This document shows, piece by piece, positions 1-9,784 of a stretch of DNA of 32,000 nucleotides (position 1 is the stretch's first letter; every line of letters starts with the position of its first letter). Position numbers and translations under genes: made by a program. The notes below the pieces were generated by a model. That model saw only the letters and a program-made list of their open reading frames with translations, did no database searches and was not told the DNA's origin. This stretch comes from Candidatus Nitrosopumilus koreensis AR1 (lineage in GTDB: Archaea > Thermoproteota > Nitrososphaeria > Nitrososphaerales > Nitrosopumilaceae): positions 300,001-332,000 of the forward strand of contig NC_018655.1 in the NCBI RefSeq assembly GCF_000299365.1, in the 5' to 3' direction.

Positions 1-349
1 CAACAAATGTCTTTATTGCATCTTCTGGAACATGGTAGATGTTTCTCAATCCATCCAGAATTTCTTTTTCTCCTGCTTCGATTCTTTTTGCCATGCCAAG
101 CACCGGAGTTCCAGTATAATGAAATCCCATTGGGAATAATACGTTGTATCCTTTCATCCTGTAGAATCTTGCATGGACATCAGCTAGTGTGTATGTTCTG
201 CCGTGTCCGATGTGTTGCGGTGAGTTTGGATACGGATATGCTACTGTGATGAATTTTTTTGGTTTGTCATTTGGGTTTGTCTCAAAGTCTTTGTTCTCTT
301 GCCACTTGCTTCTCCATTTACTTTCAATTTCTGTCCAGTTAACCGTCAT
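1..349 (-). CDS. leuS: Leucyl-tRNA synthetase, N-terminal part (gene continues past the window start)
   Basis: Absent from the ORF track because it runs off the edge. My reverse-strand translation from ATG 349-347 reads [89 protein letters not shown]... This has the class I HIGH motif in the context typical of archaeal LeuRS (..YNVLFPM..H.TG.P..G). It starts 4 nt after the alaS stop. Confidence 0.88.
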   Translation of the reverse strand, partial: MTVNWTEIESKWRSKWQENKDFETNPNDKPKKFITVAYPYPNSPQHIGHGRTYTLADVHARFYRMKGYNVLFPMGFHYTGTPVLGMAKRIEAGEKEILDGLRNIYHVPEDAIKTFV

Positions 350-353
350 TATA

Positions 354-3023
354 TCATCCTAAAATCATTGATTTTGCTTTGGCTATTGCCTCGTCTTTTT
401 TAGATGTGTCTTTTCCTCCACCTTGTGCAAATTTGGCATCTCCTCCTCCAGAACCGCCCAAAATTGAGGCTACCTCTCGTGCAATGTCGCCTGCATTTAC
501 GCCTGAATTAGATCCTGTGTAGACCATCACTCTAACTGTGGGACCAGCTTCGAAGATTCCACAAAATGCAGCAGAATCATCTTTGCCAACCAGTTTCTTG
601 CCAAAGTTCTGGTGGAAATAATCATCATAATCAGGACTGGCTGTAAAACACAATTTTCCCTTTGTATGTATGCCGTCAGACTCTACTGATTCTCCAGCCA
701 GAATCTTTTCTAGCAGTACGGGAATCTTTTCTCTGGCCTTTGCCTTGTTTTCTTCACGTTGTTTTTCTAGTTGCTCTTTTTGTTTTGCTTCTTCAGCTTT
801 GCGCTTTAATTCTGCTTCTTGTTTCTTTTCATACTCAAATGCGCCAGGACCTGAAACAAACTCCAAACGAACTACTCCGTCCTGAATGCGTTTTGTTTTT
901 GTAATCTTGATTAGTTGTATGTCTCCGGTTTTCTTTACATGAGTTCCACCACAAGCCTCAACGTCTTGGTCTTCAATGGACACAATCCTTACAGCTTTTA
1001 CTGGAACAACACCTCCCTGATAGATTCTAAATCCATATGTCTGCTCTGCAGTTCCCCTGTCGTAATAGTCAATGTTTACGTTAAGATTTTGTTTTACCAT
1101 AGAGTTTGCAGCATCTTCGATTTTCTTTACTTCATCATCAGAAAGCGAAGAGTGGTGTGTGATATCTAGTCTGGCATGATCGTCTTCTTTGAAAGCTGAA
1201 TGCTGCCAAATCCAAGAACCCAAAACTCTACGAGATGATGCATTTAGGATGTGAGTGCTGGTGTGGTTTTTAGTAATGTTTGAGCGTCTTGTTTCATCTA
1301 CTTTGCATGAAACTGTCTCTCCTTCTTTTGGAGTTCCACCTTCTAGCTTGTGAACTATAATGTTTGCATGTTTGTCTACATCAATTACTTTGAATCCTGC
1401 AATGGTGCCATGGTCTGGCTCTTGGCCTCCTCCTCGTGCATAAAATGATGTTCTATCTAATACAACCATGTCATCAATTACCTTGAGTACCTTGGCTGAA
1501 AACTCCATTGGGTCGTCTTTGTAAAATAGCGTCTCAGTTTCAGGCAGTCCTTCTAGAGGAAGTTCTGCAACTGCCTTTTTCTTGTCTGACTGGTGCAAAT
1601 CAGATAGTTTGGAGTAAAATGATGATGGAATCTCAGATATGGCATCAACTTCCTTGAGGTATTCAGGAGTGATTCCGTCTGATTCGTAAAATGTAATGAG
1701 TTCATCGACTGTTGGTGTTCCTTTCTCTTTTATCTTGTCTGCCTTTTTCTTCATGTGAACCTTGGATTCTTCATACCTTTGAGATTCCAGTTTTAGTATT
1801 GTCTTGACATCATCTCTCTTTTCATCAAGCTCAGGATACGTGTCCTTGAGATAGTCAACATGTGAATCAATCAAGTCATCAATGTCAAGTTTCAAGTTTA
1901 GTTTGGATATAGTTGCATTAATTCTGCGCAACATCATTCTCAGGTTATATCCTCCGCCAACATTTGATGGAAGTGCACCATCTGTTATTGCAAATATCAA
2001 AGTACGTAGATGATCTGCAATAAGATACATTCCTTCTAGTGGTGTGATCATCTTTTGCATCTGCTTATCTGTGATTCCAGCATTTTTTACTGCAAGACGT
2101 CTTACTTGGTTGAGATCATCGTAATGATCAATCTCCTTTGCAATCTCTGTAAAGTACTTGCGCAAAATTTCTGAATCAGAGTCAATTCCTATTGTGTTGA
2201 AGAGCTTTTGATTAATTGGACCAAAGCAACAGTCATACGCAGTTGGTGTTCCCATGGTAATCCATGCAAATCTCTCAAGTCCAGCTCCCATGTCAATTAC
2301 TCGCTGGTCTAGTGTTGTGTGTTTTCCTAGTTCTCCTTGGAATTCAGTAAACACTGCGTTTCCAAGCTCCAGCCCTCTAACAAAATACTCCAGTGATGGG
2401 CCAAACGAGCCACCACCTGCCCACACATCTTCAACAAAGACCACTTCGTCTTTGTTTATTCCAAACTGCTCAGTCAGTAATCTGTAATCCAAATCAACAC
2501 ATTCATCTTTCCAGTATCCTCCTAAATCCGGAACACTGTGCTGTCCTATCATGCAAAAAGATGAAAAATGTCTTCCTGTTACACCGACATTCTCCAAATC
2601 CTTGAATCTCAGACATGTCTGCGGAACTACTAATGGATTTGCGGGAAACTCAAAGACAACTTTGGAGCCCATTATTCTTTGAAAATCAACAACTGATGCA
2701 ATTGTAAAGTACAAGTCATCACGCCATCTGCAAACTACTGGATAGCGGCTAACCGAAGTGTGATTGTTTTTTACAAAAAACTCTTCTACCTGCTTCCATG
2801 ATTGGGTGTAATCAAATCTTTTACTAGTTGGAGGATTTCCGATAAATGAATACGTGTCCAATCCGTCATCTGGACACAAGTCTCTGTCTGCATTCAGAGT
2901 CCAAAAGAATCTGCCACATTTTGCACATGACTTTCTGACAAATCCTTGTTCTTGGAACAGTTTGACGTTATAGTATTTGTCAGGATCTGCTGAAAATTCT
3001 TTTAGAATCTCTTTTTTGTCCAA
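354..3023 (-). CDS. alaS: Alanyl-tRNA synthetase
   Basis: 889-aa ORF with archaeal AlaRS hallmarks: N-terminal Cys cluster ([10 protein letters not shown]), catalytic core, the editing-domain HxxxH...CGGTH motif (TSTHILN...ACGGTHV), and a C-terminal DHHA1-like GGSGGG tail. The start codon is TTG at 3023-3021, and there is no in-frame ATG upstream before a stop. Confidence 0.97.
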   Translation of the reverse strand: MDKKEILKEFSADPDKYYNVKLFQEQGFVRKSCAKCGRFFWTLNADRDLCPDDGLDTYSFIGNPPTSKRFDYTQSWKQVEEFFVKNNHTSVSRYPVVCRWRDDLYFTIASVVDFQRIMGSKVVFEFPANPLVVPQTCLRFKDLENVGVTGRHFSSFCMIGQHSVPDLGGYWKDECVDLDYRLLTEQFGINKDEVVFVEDVWAGGGSFGPSLEYFVRGLELGNAVFTEFQGELGKHTTLDQRVIDMGAGLERFAWITMGTPTAYDCCFGPINQKLFNTIGIDSDSEILRKYFTEIAKEIDHYDDLNQVRRLAVKNAGITDKQMQKMITPLEGMYLIADHLRTLIFAITDGALPSNVGGGYNLRMMLRRINATISKLNLKLDIDDLIDSHVDYLKDTYPELDEKRDDVKTILKLESQRYEESKVHMKKKADKIKEKGTPTVDELITFYESDGITPEYLKEVDAISEIPSSFYSKLSDLHQSDKKKAVAELPLEGLPETETLFYKDDPMEFSAKVLKVIDDMVVLDRTSFYARGGGQEPDHGTIAGFKVIDVDKHANIIVHKLEGGTPKEGETVSCKVDETRRSNITKNHTSTHILNASSRRVLGSWIWQHSAFKEDDHARLDITHHSSLSDDEVKKIEDAANSMVKQNLNVNIDYYDRGTAEQTYGFRIYQGGVVPVKAVRIVSIEDQDVEACGGTHVKKTGDIQLIKITKTKRIQDGVVRLEFVSGPGAFEYEKKQEAELKRKAEEAKQKEQLEKQREENKAKAREKIPVLLEKILAGESVESDGIHTKGKLCFTASPDYDDYFHQNFGKKLVGKDDSAAFCGIFEAGPTVRVMVYTGSNSGVNAGDIAREVASILGGSGGGDAKFAQGGGKDTSKKDEAIAKAKSMILG

Positions 3024-3094
3024 TGTTGATGCCTGCCATATCCCAATATTAAGAACTGTCGATTACCAACGTCTGCATATCTTAAGATTTGGTT

Positions 3095-4420
3095 TTAGAC
3101 TAGCATGTGAACCCAAGAGATTTGTGCCCTTCTTCTATCTGCACCTGATTCACAAACTGTACACTCTGCAACAAACTCAAGTGACAAATCTTCATAATTA
3201 GTAATTGATTTTTGTTGCTCTAATGTCAAAATATTTCTTGTCAAAGTAAAACCCGTATCAATATTCAGATGTGTCCATTGTGCAATTGTTCGTGTTCCCT
3301 GGTATAATGTGACCGTAACTTTGATCTCACTTCCACCTGCAATATCTTTGCCTAAAGTATACCATATGTAATGACTGTGATCTGGAGTAACTCCTGCATA
3401 TGTTGTCATATCAAAACCAATAGAGGTATTTGTACTGGGTCCTGTACCTCCCAGTCTATTTGAGCGGATATAGTCTGTATCATCTCTTTGTAACTCATCG
3501 ACATCATCATACATTACAGAGTTGTTGTTTCCTCCACCGTCATTCCACCCTGCTCCGCCAATGTCTGCAGTTGGTGTAAAGTGTCTGAAATTGGCATCTT
3601 GTTTTGTTTCTAATATGTAAAGTGGCTTTATCTCACTTGCAGTACTGTTTTGATATTGTACGGAATACATTACATTGTATTGTCCTGCAGGAGCTATTTC
3701 CTTTGGTAATTTTCCTTCAAACCATCCAAATTTGTTTGTCTCTCCATTGGTTTCATATGCTGGCAACCCATGTCTGTCAAATACTTTGATTGATACATTG
3801 GCGCCACTTATCTGACCTCCATTTACATTCCATTCATTTGTTGGATTTTGTTTTTTGTCGTACAACTTTGTTGCAAACACATACTGCTGGTCTTCAAAAA
3901 TACGATATGAGCCTTTTACCAAAAACAAGAGCTCAGGTAGCTTTGGTTCTGATTTTGATTCTATTGGAATTTTTTCTGGCGTGTCTTTTAGAATAATTCG
4001 TGCTACCTCTCCTATGTTTTTTAGATGATAACGTTGATCTGAATGGGCATGAACAGTAACTTCATACAAACTCCCATTTGAGATCCTTTCTAGAAACCTA
4101 CCAATTACAAAAACTTTAATTTTATCATCAAAATCTTCTGCATATCCTGACATGAAAAACAACTTATCATTACTCAAAAAACTTCCTTTCCACTTATCAA
4201 CAACATCGTAGTTTTTTCCTTTAAGCAATACAAAACCTTCATCAATTATCACCTGTCTGTTATTGGTTGACTCTATCTCGTAAAACTCTAGATAAACATC
4301 CTCTATTATTCCCTCTTTTCCCTCAACAAATAGAGAAAATCTTTCAGTATCATCAAAAAACAAACCTGATACAAATAGTAACGGTATCACTAGTAATGTG
4401 AAAAACAATTCTAGACCCAA
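3095..4420 (-). CDS. Hypothetical membrane-anchored, beta-rich surface protein
   Basis: 441-aa ORF with a TTG start. It has an N-terminal hydrophobic anchor (GLELFFTLLVIPLLFVSGLFF) and a central Ig/carboxypeptidase-regulatory-like stretch (VSIKVFDRHGLPAYETNGETNKFGWFEGKLP..GQYNV). The C-terminal ~170 aa are Gly/Asp-rich. I recognise no catalytic motif. Confidence 0.72.
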   Translation of the reverse strand: MGLELFFTLLVIPLLFVSGLFFDDTERFSLFVEGKEGIIEDVYLEFYEIESTNNRQVIIDEGFVLLKGKNYDVVDKWKGSFLSNDKLFFMSGYAEDFDDKIKVFVIGRFLERISNGSLYEVTVHAHSDQRYHLKNIGEVARIILKDTPEKIPIESKSEPKLPELLFLVKGSYRIFEDQQYVFATKLYDKKQNPTNEWNVNGGQISGANVSIKVFDRHGLPAYETNGETNKFGWFEGKLPKEIAPAGQYNVMYSVQYQNSTASEIKPLYILETKQDANFRHFTPTADIGGAGWNDGGGNNNSVMYDDVDELQRDDTDYIRSNRLGGTGPSTNTSIGFDMTTYAGVTPDHSHYIWYTLGKDIAGGSEIKVTVTLYQGTRTIAQWTHLNIDTGFTLTRNILTLEQQKSITNYEDLSLEFVAECTVCESGADRRRAQISWVHMLV

Positions 4421-4520
4421 TACGCAACTAATACGTTATTTGGTTAAAAGCATTAAGCATGTTTTGTAGTTGCAAGGTGTTGTCTTGTTTAAAATTTCAA
4501 CTCAAAGCCTGAATGCAACC

Positions 4521-4531
4521 ATATTTTAAAA
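4521..4531 (+). promoter_or_regulatory. TATA-box-like element upstream of the dehydrogenase gene
   Basis: ATATTTTAAAA is centred about 29 nt upstream of ATG 4555. This spacing fits an archaeal TATA box at about -26/-27 with a near-leaderless transcript. AT-rich background makes chance matches likely. Confidence 0.3.
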
Positions 4532-4554
4532 TGGAATGAATTCTCAACTATTTT

Positions 4555-5505
4555 ATGAAAGCCACATTTTTTGATGGAACGCAAATAAAGTTTGATGAAA
4601 ACTATCCTGACCCAAAACCTGGTGAGTGTTTGGTTAGAATAAGTCTTGCTGGAATTTGTGGAACAGACCTTGAAATTTTAGATGGATACATGGAGTATAA
4701 TGGAGTGTTGGGCCATGAGTTTGTTGGTGTGGTAGAAAAATCAGAGAACCAAGAACTGGTTGGAAAAAGAGTGGTAGGTGAGATTAATGCCGGCTGCAAT
4801 AATTGCGATTACTGCAAAAAGGGACTGCAAAGACACTGTCCTAACAGAACTGTTCTGGGAATTCTAAAACGAGATGGTGCATTTGCTGAATTCTTATCTT
4901 TGCCTGAACAAAATCTGCATGTGATTCCTGATTCAATCTCTGATGAACAGGCAGTGTTTGTTGAACCACTTGCTGCAGCATTTGAAATCAAAGAACAAGT
5001 ATCACTAAACCCTGATTGGAAGGTTGCAGTTGTGGGTGATGGCAGACTGGCACAGATGATATGCCAAGTCCTAAAGTTGTCTTGTCATGATGTTACATGC
5101 TTTGGCAGACACCAAAACAAACTTGCATTGCTAGAAAGATTTGAGATTCCAACTAGAATTGGAATAGATGATGCTGATAATCAGTCATGTGACTTGGTAG
5201 TAGAGGCTACTGGTAGTAACTCTGGATTCTCTGATGCCATGAAGCTTGTAAAGCCCCGAGGAACTGTGATACTAAAATCCACAATCGCATCAAGGGAGAA
5301 TCTTGATTTGACACCTACTGTAGTAAATGAGATAACATTGATTGGATCTCGCTGTGGATTGTTCAAACCCGCAATTGATGCACTAGCAACTGGAATCATT
5401 TCAGTTGATTCAATGATTGATTCTACTTTTCCACTAGAAAAGTTCTCAGAGGCAATTAATCATGCAAAAAAACCTGAAACACTCAAGGTCTTTCTAAAAC
5501 CCTGA
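4555..5505 (+). CDS. Zinc-dependent alcohol/threonine dehydrogenase family (MDR) oxidoreductase
   Basis: Catalytic Zn ligand motifs GICGTDLE and GHEFVGVV are present, as is the structural-Zn Cys cluster CNNCDYCKKGLQRHC. A Rossmann-type VAVVGDGRLAQ follows. Substrate cannot be told from sequence. Confidence 0.9.
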   Translation: MKATFFDGTQIKFDENYPDPKPGECLVRISLAGICGTDLEILDGYMEYNGVLGHEFVGVVEKSENQELVGKRVVGEINAGCNNCDYCKKGLQRHCPNRTVLGILKRDGAFAEFLSLPEQNLHVIPDSISDEQAVFVEPLAAAFEIKEQVSLNPDWKVAVVGDGRLAQMICQVLKLSCHDVTCFGRHQNKLALLERFEIPTRIGIDDADNQSCDLVVEATGSNSGFSDAMKLVKPRGTVILKSTIASRENLDLTPTVVNEITLIGSRCGLFKPAIDALATGIISVDSMIDSTFPLEKFSEAINHAKKPETLKVFLKP

Positions 5506-5535
5506 TTCAAATTTTGGGGATTAATTAAATACAGA

Positions 5536-5949
5536 ATGGTATCAATAACTGTGTTGACTGAAAACCAATTGTCTGTTGAAAACATGAAAGAACGAATAAC
5601 TGACATTGTGTCTATTCCTGAGATTAGATTCTGTGGATTGATTGACAGCACTGGTGAATTGGTTATGGGACGTATGGATGACAATATCATGCCATTAATG
5701 ACTGACAAACAAAGAAGAAAGCTATTCCAAGAGTTGGCACACAGAGTTTCAAACAGAACTGGCTTTGATGCTGATTTTGGTAGGGTAAAGTATTCTTCTT
5801 CTAGACGGGAAAAAATAGTGATGATGAGCTTTCCACTTGGAACTCATATTATTTTGGTTATTGCAGAGCCAAGTGTGAATATTGACAGACTTGCTTGGGA
5901 TGTTCTAAACAAACTAGGAAGACAATGGGCAGATTTTGATGGATTCTAA
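5536..5949 (+). CDS. Hypothetical small cytoplasmic protein (possibly Roadblock/LC7-like fold)
   Basis: 137-aa ORF 30 nt downstream of the dehydrogenase on the same strand. The alternating beta/alpha pattern (RFCGLIDSTGELV...IVMMSFPLGTHIILVIAEP) recalls Roadblock/LC7-type small domains. That assignment is only a guess. Confidence 0.65.
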   Translation: MVSITVLTENQLSVENMKERITDIVSIPEIRFCGLIDSTGELVMGRMDDNIMPLMTDKQRRKLFQELAHRVSNRTGFDADFGRVKYSSSRREKIVMMSFPLGTHIILVIAEPSVNIDRLAWDVLNKLGRQWADFDGF

Positions 5950-7175
5950 TTTTTAGAAACTGTTCCTCTCTCTAAAAGATAAGAATATGCATTAACTGCT
6001 TCTTGCTTTGAAATCAAACCGTCAATATGCCATTTTGTAATGTTTTGTATCCATGAAGGACTGTTTTCATAGTCATACAGTGATGTGATTCTTAAAATTT
6101 TATCATCATACAGATTTGGATTGCCTCGTCCGTCTTGGTTGCTAGTCATAAAGTATAATCCATCAGGACCACTTGTAACATCTCTGATTCTTCCAAATTC
6201 TCCAGAAAATAATTTGCTGTGAGATACAACATTGAAACTCTCATCAAACTCTACCATGTGAATGTGCTGACCTCTAAGTGCAGCTACAAAATATTTTCCA
6301 AAAAACATTGGCATGTCTTTTTCATAGTAGAATGTAGAACCTGATGGTGCCCAAGTATCATCACCTGAATGCAAAACTGGATTTGTCAATCCATTTTTAC
6401 TCTCATCTCCAATTACATCTGGCCACCCATAGTTTGCACCTTTCTGTATTAGATTAATTTCATCATGTGCAGTTCCTCGCCATCCAGAAGGGCCGTGCTC
6501 TGTTGCAACTAGATTTCCTGACTCATCCCATGCAATTCCCTGTGAATTACGATGCCCAATAGAGTATATTGCTGAACCAAATGGATTGTCCTCTGGTATT
6601 GTTCCATCTGGATTTATTCGCAATATTTTTCCTGCAACTGAATTCACATCTTGTGAGAGTTCTGGGTTTCCTGCATCGCCTGTTGTAACATACAGCATTC
6701 TGTCTGGTCCGAACTTTATTCTCCCGCCATCATGATATGGCGCACCTGGAATTCCTTCAAGTAAAACCTTGTCTTCAGTTAGTATGTTGTTTGATTCAAC
6801 ATATCGTACTAGTTTATTTTTGATTCCAAGTAATTCATTGTAAGTATAGTAAACATAGACGTAATGGTTCTCATCAAAGTTGGGATCCAATGCAATTCCT
6901 AACATCCCTCCTTCTCCGCCTCCAACATCAAGTGACATGATCTGATTTATCTGTCCATTTTCAATTACATTTATGGCTCCAGTTCTTTCAGTAAAGAAAA
7001 TTCTGCCATCTGATGCAAAATCAATCCCCCATGGAACAGAAAGATTATCTGCAATTACATCGACTTTTACTCCAAGCTCTGGATAGTCTTCTGCATACGC
7101 ATTTGCTATACCAAACAATGTTATTGCAAACATGACAAAGATGATATTTTTCATGTTGTGTATGTTGTTGTACAT
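5946..7175 (-). CDS. Secreted PQQ-dependent sugar (glucose/sorbosone) dehydrogenase-type beta-propeller with a C-terminal Trp-rich module
   Basis: Motifs typical of soluble PQQ dehydrogenases: LSVPWGIDFASDGRIFFTERTG, HDGGRIKFGPDRMLYVTTGD, GHRNSQGIAWD, GPDGLYFMTSN. Signal peptide MKNIIFVMFAITLFGIANAYA, so the alternative start ATG 7154 is plausible. The C-terminal 35 aa SPSWIQNITKWHIDGLISKQEAVNAYSYLLERG match the module seen in two other secreted proteins here. Confidence 0.9.
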   Translation of the reverse strand: MYNNIHNMKNIIFVMFAITLFGIANAYAEDYPELGVKVDVIADNLSVPWGIDFASDGRIFFTERTGAINVIENGQINQIMSLDVGGGEGGMLGIALDPNFDENHYVYVYYTYNELLGIKNKLVRYVESNNILTEDKVLLEGIPGAPYHDGGRIKFGPDRMLYVTTGDAGNPELSQDVNSVAGKILRINPDGTIPEDNPFGSAIYSIGHRNSQGIAWDESGNLVATEHGPSGWRGTAHDEINLIQKGANYGWPDVIGDESKNGLTNPVLHSGDDTWAPSGSTFYYEKDMPMFFGKYFVAALRGQHIHMVEFDESFNVVSHSKLFSGEFGRIRDVTSGPDGLYFMTSNQDGRGNPNLYDDKILRITSLYDYENSPSWIQNITKWHIDGLISKQEAVNAYSYLLERGTVSKN

Positions 7176-7230
7176 TACGAATTCACACTAGTTATACAGC
7201 CAAATAATAAAAACAATCTATATCTTGTTT

Positions 7231-8748
7231 TTATTTTTCTTGATTTCTTGGCAGTGTTATTGTAAATGTGGTGGGATTGTTCTTAACTGAAATGGTTCCA
7301 CCATGTTGTTCTATGATACTCTTACAGCTTGCAAGACCAAGTCCTGTTCCTTCCTGCTTTGTTGTAAATAATGGCTCAAATATTTTTTCTAGTTCTTTTT
7401 CTGGTATAGGCTCACCTGTGTTGCTAATTTCTATTTTGACTGAATCATAGTCTGGTTTTACATTGATTCTTATCTTTCCTACCTTTGAGTCTATGGCATA
7501 GATTGCGTTTGTTATGATGTTAATAAACACAATTCTGATCATGTGGTGATCACATACTATTTCTTCATCTGTTGCAGTTTTCTCAACTGTGATATTTTCT
7601 GGAATCTTTAGGCTCTCTAATGCTGAATCAATTATTGCAGACACTGCCATCTTTTCTAATTTTAATGGCTTTTGCTGTACATAGTCAAGCACGTTGTTTA
7701 CTTGGTAGCCTATTCTTTGTATGGACTCGGTAATTGAATCTCCATACTTTTGGAATCTTTTTGAAATCTCAGGATCATTTCTCAAAATGTCTACAGTCAT
7801 CTGAATCACTGATAATGGGTTTCGTATGTCGTGTGCAAGACGTGATGCAAGATGTCCTATTGTGGCAATTTTTTCAGTTTTTTGCATCTCTTCTAACTGT
7901 TTTATGATTATCTTTCCTTTCTCTTTGGATTTGTTAATGTATAAAATTGTAAAAAATATTGATACTAGCACTAGAATCAAAAATACTGGAACGACAAAAT
8001 CATAGACATAAAATAACTGCTTTGTATCTGATGCTGATTGCAATAGAATTAACTCTGAGAAATCGGTAGTCTCGGCTTCTCCCATTTCGACTGAGACATG
8101 TTTGCCATCTTTTATTACATACATGTCCCAAGTAATTGCAAACTCTATAGTTTTGCCTGTTACTGGTTCTATGCTGGTCTTGCATGTCTGATCAGCATAC
8201 ACTATATCTGGTAAAAATTCTGGCCATGCTTGGGAAAAGTCATCTCCAATACTTTCACATGAAAACTCATAGACCTCAAGATTACCTATCTGTTTTGTTC
8301 CTTCAAAGACAAACATAGCTGGGACTTCCATGTTTGGATCAAATAGAAAATAATCTTGTTTTTGAACATTTGCTGGGAATATGAAATACAATTCATCGTG
8401 ATCAACATGTTTTCTTGTAGTAGAGTCAACATAGTATGTGTTGTAATTCTCGTAGATTGTTTCACCTGTAATGATATCTTTGGTAATGTAAGATGATTCT
8501 ATCTCCAAAATACTACCACTTTGATTTACTATTTTATATTCTAGAAAATCACTTGAGATGATTGGTTCTGATAATTTATCTCCTATGTTTTCTGCATATG
8601 CGTCCTCTCCTAGATATTCTCTAATGTCTTCAAAAGCTGCTGAATTATTTTTTAGCATAGGTGTTGCAATCAGTATCCAACTTGCAACAATTATGACTCC
8701 TATTATAGAAAATAAAATCAAACCTACTGGTTTTTTGCCATTTTTCAT
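7231..8748 (-). CDS. Sensor histidine kinase with a large extracytoplasmic domain
   Basis: H-box HLASRLAHDIRNPLSV, N-box INIITNAIYA, G-boxes NTGEPIP and GTGLGLASCKSIIEQHGG. Two TM segments (PVGLILFSIIGVIIVASWILIA and VVPVFLILVLVSIFFTILYI) flank a ~230-aa outside domain. I place the start at ATG 8748 (MKNGKKP). The track start at 8829 would overlap the divergent gene, and a TATA-like CGTATAAA lies about 26 nt upstream of 8748. Confidence 0.9.
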   Translation of the reverse strand: MKNGKKPVGLILFSIIGVIIVASWILIATPMLKNNSAAFEDIREYLGEDAYAENIGDKLSEPIISSDFLEYKIVNQSGSILEIESSYITKDIITGETIYENYNTYYVDSTTRKHVDHDELYFIFPANVQKQDYFLFDPNMEVPAMFVFEGTKQIGNLEVYEFSCESIGDDFSQAWPEFLPDIVYADQTCKTSIEPVTGKTIEFAITWDMYVIKDGKHVSVEMGEAETTDFSELILLQSASDTKQLFYVYDFVVPVFLILVLVSIFFTILYINKSKEKGKIIIKQLEEMQKTEKIATIGHLASRLAHDIRNPLSVIQMTVDILRNDPEISKRFQKYGDSITESIQRIGYQVNNVLDYVQQKPLKLEKMAVSAIIDSALESLKIPENITVEKTATDEEIVCDHHMIRIVFINIITNAIYAIDSKVGKIRINVKPDYDSVKIEISNTGEPIPEKELEKIFEPLFTTKQEGTGLGLASCKSIIEQHGGTISVKNNPTTFTITLPRNQEK

Positions 8749-8770
8749 ATGATCATCATTTTTTCTGAAT

Positions 8771-8778
8771 CGTATAAA
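8771..8778 (-). promoter_or_regulatory. TATA-box-like element for the histidine kinase gene
   Basis: The minus strand reads TTTATACG, centred about 26 nt upstream of ATG 8748. Confidence 0.3.
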
Positions 8779-8798
8779 CCAGATCCTTTTTGATACCC

Positions 8799-8806
8799 AT
8801 AAATAC
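8799..8806 (+). promoter_or_regulatory. TATA-box-like element for the 169-aa gene
   Basis: ATAAATAC is centred about 25 nt upstream of ATG 8828. It forms a back-to-back divergent promoter pair with 8771-8778 inside a 79-bp intergenic region. Confidence 0.3.
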
Positions 8807-8827
8807 AGAACACCATTCAGTGTATTC

Positions 8828-9337
8828 ATGTTTGGAAAGAAACCTCAACTCAAAGAAGGAGTTCATGTATTTTCTGTTAAAAAAAATGGGGATTATAATG
8901 ACTTTATCTTTGCAACAGTCACTGGAATTGAAGGCAGAAAGGTTGGAGTCAGCGGTGTTATTGTAAATCCTGTTGGTCTGAAAAACAAACTAGAACAGGG
9001 AAAGACTGGAGAACGTTCAAGGGAAATTCTGGAGAATCCCACACCTGACAATGTAGTGTTGGCTCTGGTGTATAGAGTTGAGCATGAAAACTTTGCAGAT
9101 GTGTTGGATCTTGATAAAGACAAATGTGATATTATCCCACCTAAGGTATATGCAATGCTTGATGGATGGATTCGTGAATCATTGCCTGAATTTATCAATA
9201 CAGTACTATCTCTTCCTCCAGGAGCAGAACGTGATGAAGCAAAAAGAGTGCTAAAAAATAGAATGGACACTCTGATTGATAAGAATCTGAAACGTACACT
9301 TTACTCTGTGTGTAGAAGTCTCAAAATCCTAAACTAG
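8828..9337 (+). CDS. Hypothetical protein
   Basis: 169-aa ORF with protein-like composition and an ATG start behind a TATA-like box. The long antisense ORF 8893-9270 looks like a shadow of it. I recognise no motif. Confidence 0.7.
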   Translation: MFGKKPQLKEGVHVFSVKKNGDYNDFIFATVTGIEGRKVGVSGVIVNPVGLKNKLEQGKTGERSREILENPTPDNVVLALVYRVEHENFADVLDLDKDKCDIIPPKVYAMLDGWIRESLPEFINTVLSLPPGAERDEAKRVLKNRMDTLIDKNLKRTLYSVCRSLKILN

Positions 9338-9361
9338 ATTCTAGGCACAAGTTCACAGTAG

Positions 9362-9371
9362 TTTTATATTA
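9362..9371 (+). promoter_or_regulatory. TATA-box-like element for rpl12 (P1)
   Basis: TTTTATATTA is centred about 29 nt upstream of ATG 9395. Confidence 0.3.
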
Positions 9372-9394
9372 TCGGCCATGAAAATCTCGATACA

Positions 9395-9703
9395 ATGGAA
9401 TATGTTTACGCTGCTTTACTTCTTCACAAACTAGACAAAGAAGTTAACGAGGCAAACGTCAGCTCAGTTGTTAAAGCATCTGGCGCTGAAGTTAATGAAG
9501 CCCAAGTTAAAGCACTAGTTGCAGCCTTAGCCGATGTCAACATCGATGAGGCAGTCAAAGCCGCACCTGTAGCAGTTGCAGCAGCAGCCGCACCAGCAGC
9601 AGATGCAGCAGCCGGTGGTGAAGCAAAGGCCGAGGAAAAACCTAAAGACGAAGGTAAAACCGAAGAAGCAGCCATGGAAGGATTATCTTCATTATTTGGC
9701 TAA
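9395..9703 (+). CDS. rpl12: Ribosomal stalk protein P1 (archaeal L12)
   Basis: [11 protein letters not shown]... N-terminal dimerisation domain, Ala-rich hinge ([20 protein letters not shown]), acidic stretch, and the conserved factor-binding C-terminus [13 protein letters not shown]. Confidence 0.94.
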   Translation: MEYVYAALLLHKLDKEVNEANVSSVVKASGAEVNEAQVKALVAALADVNIDEAVKAAPVAVAAAAAPAADAAAGGEAKAEEKPKDEGKTEEAAMEGLSSLFG

Positions 9704-9727
9704 ACGAGTTTACTTTTCTCAAATCTA

Positions 9728-9745
9728 TTTTTGATCTCCATTTTT
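9728..9745 (+). terminator. Oligo-T tracts downstream of rpl12
   Basis: Two T5 runs (9728-9732 and 9741-9745) lie within 45 nt after the stop. Archaeal termination commonly uses oligo-T. This is weak evidence in AT-rich DNA. Confidence 0.25.
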
Positions 9746-9784
9746 ATCAATTCTTAATTAGCAACGTTACGATGTTTGCATTAA

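Noticed and set aside
7-249. 80-aa + strand ORF at the window start
   Set aside because: It is antisense to the leuS N-terminus, whose translation shows the HIGH motif and clear LeuRS similarity. The + strand product is Cys/Leu/Phe-rich and not protein-like.
5946-5949. 4-nt convergent overlap (CTAA) between the stop codons of the 137-aa gene and the PQQ dehydrogenase gene
   Set aside because: The overlap is real in the sequence, but it is simply a consequence of extreme genome compaction and gives no indication of a regulatory function.
8893-9270. 125-aa minus-strand ORF, and likewise 9424-9675, 11625-11912, 19654-20040, 28249-28599 and the many 60-100-aa ORFs inside alaS and the giant gene
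   Set aside because: All are nested antisense or out of frame within longer ORFs that carry recognisable motifs. Their Ser/Pro/Phe-rich composition is what mirror frames of AT-rich genes produce.
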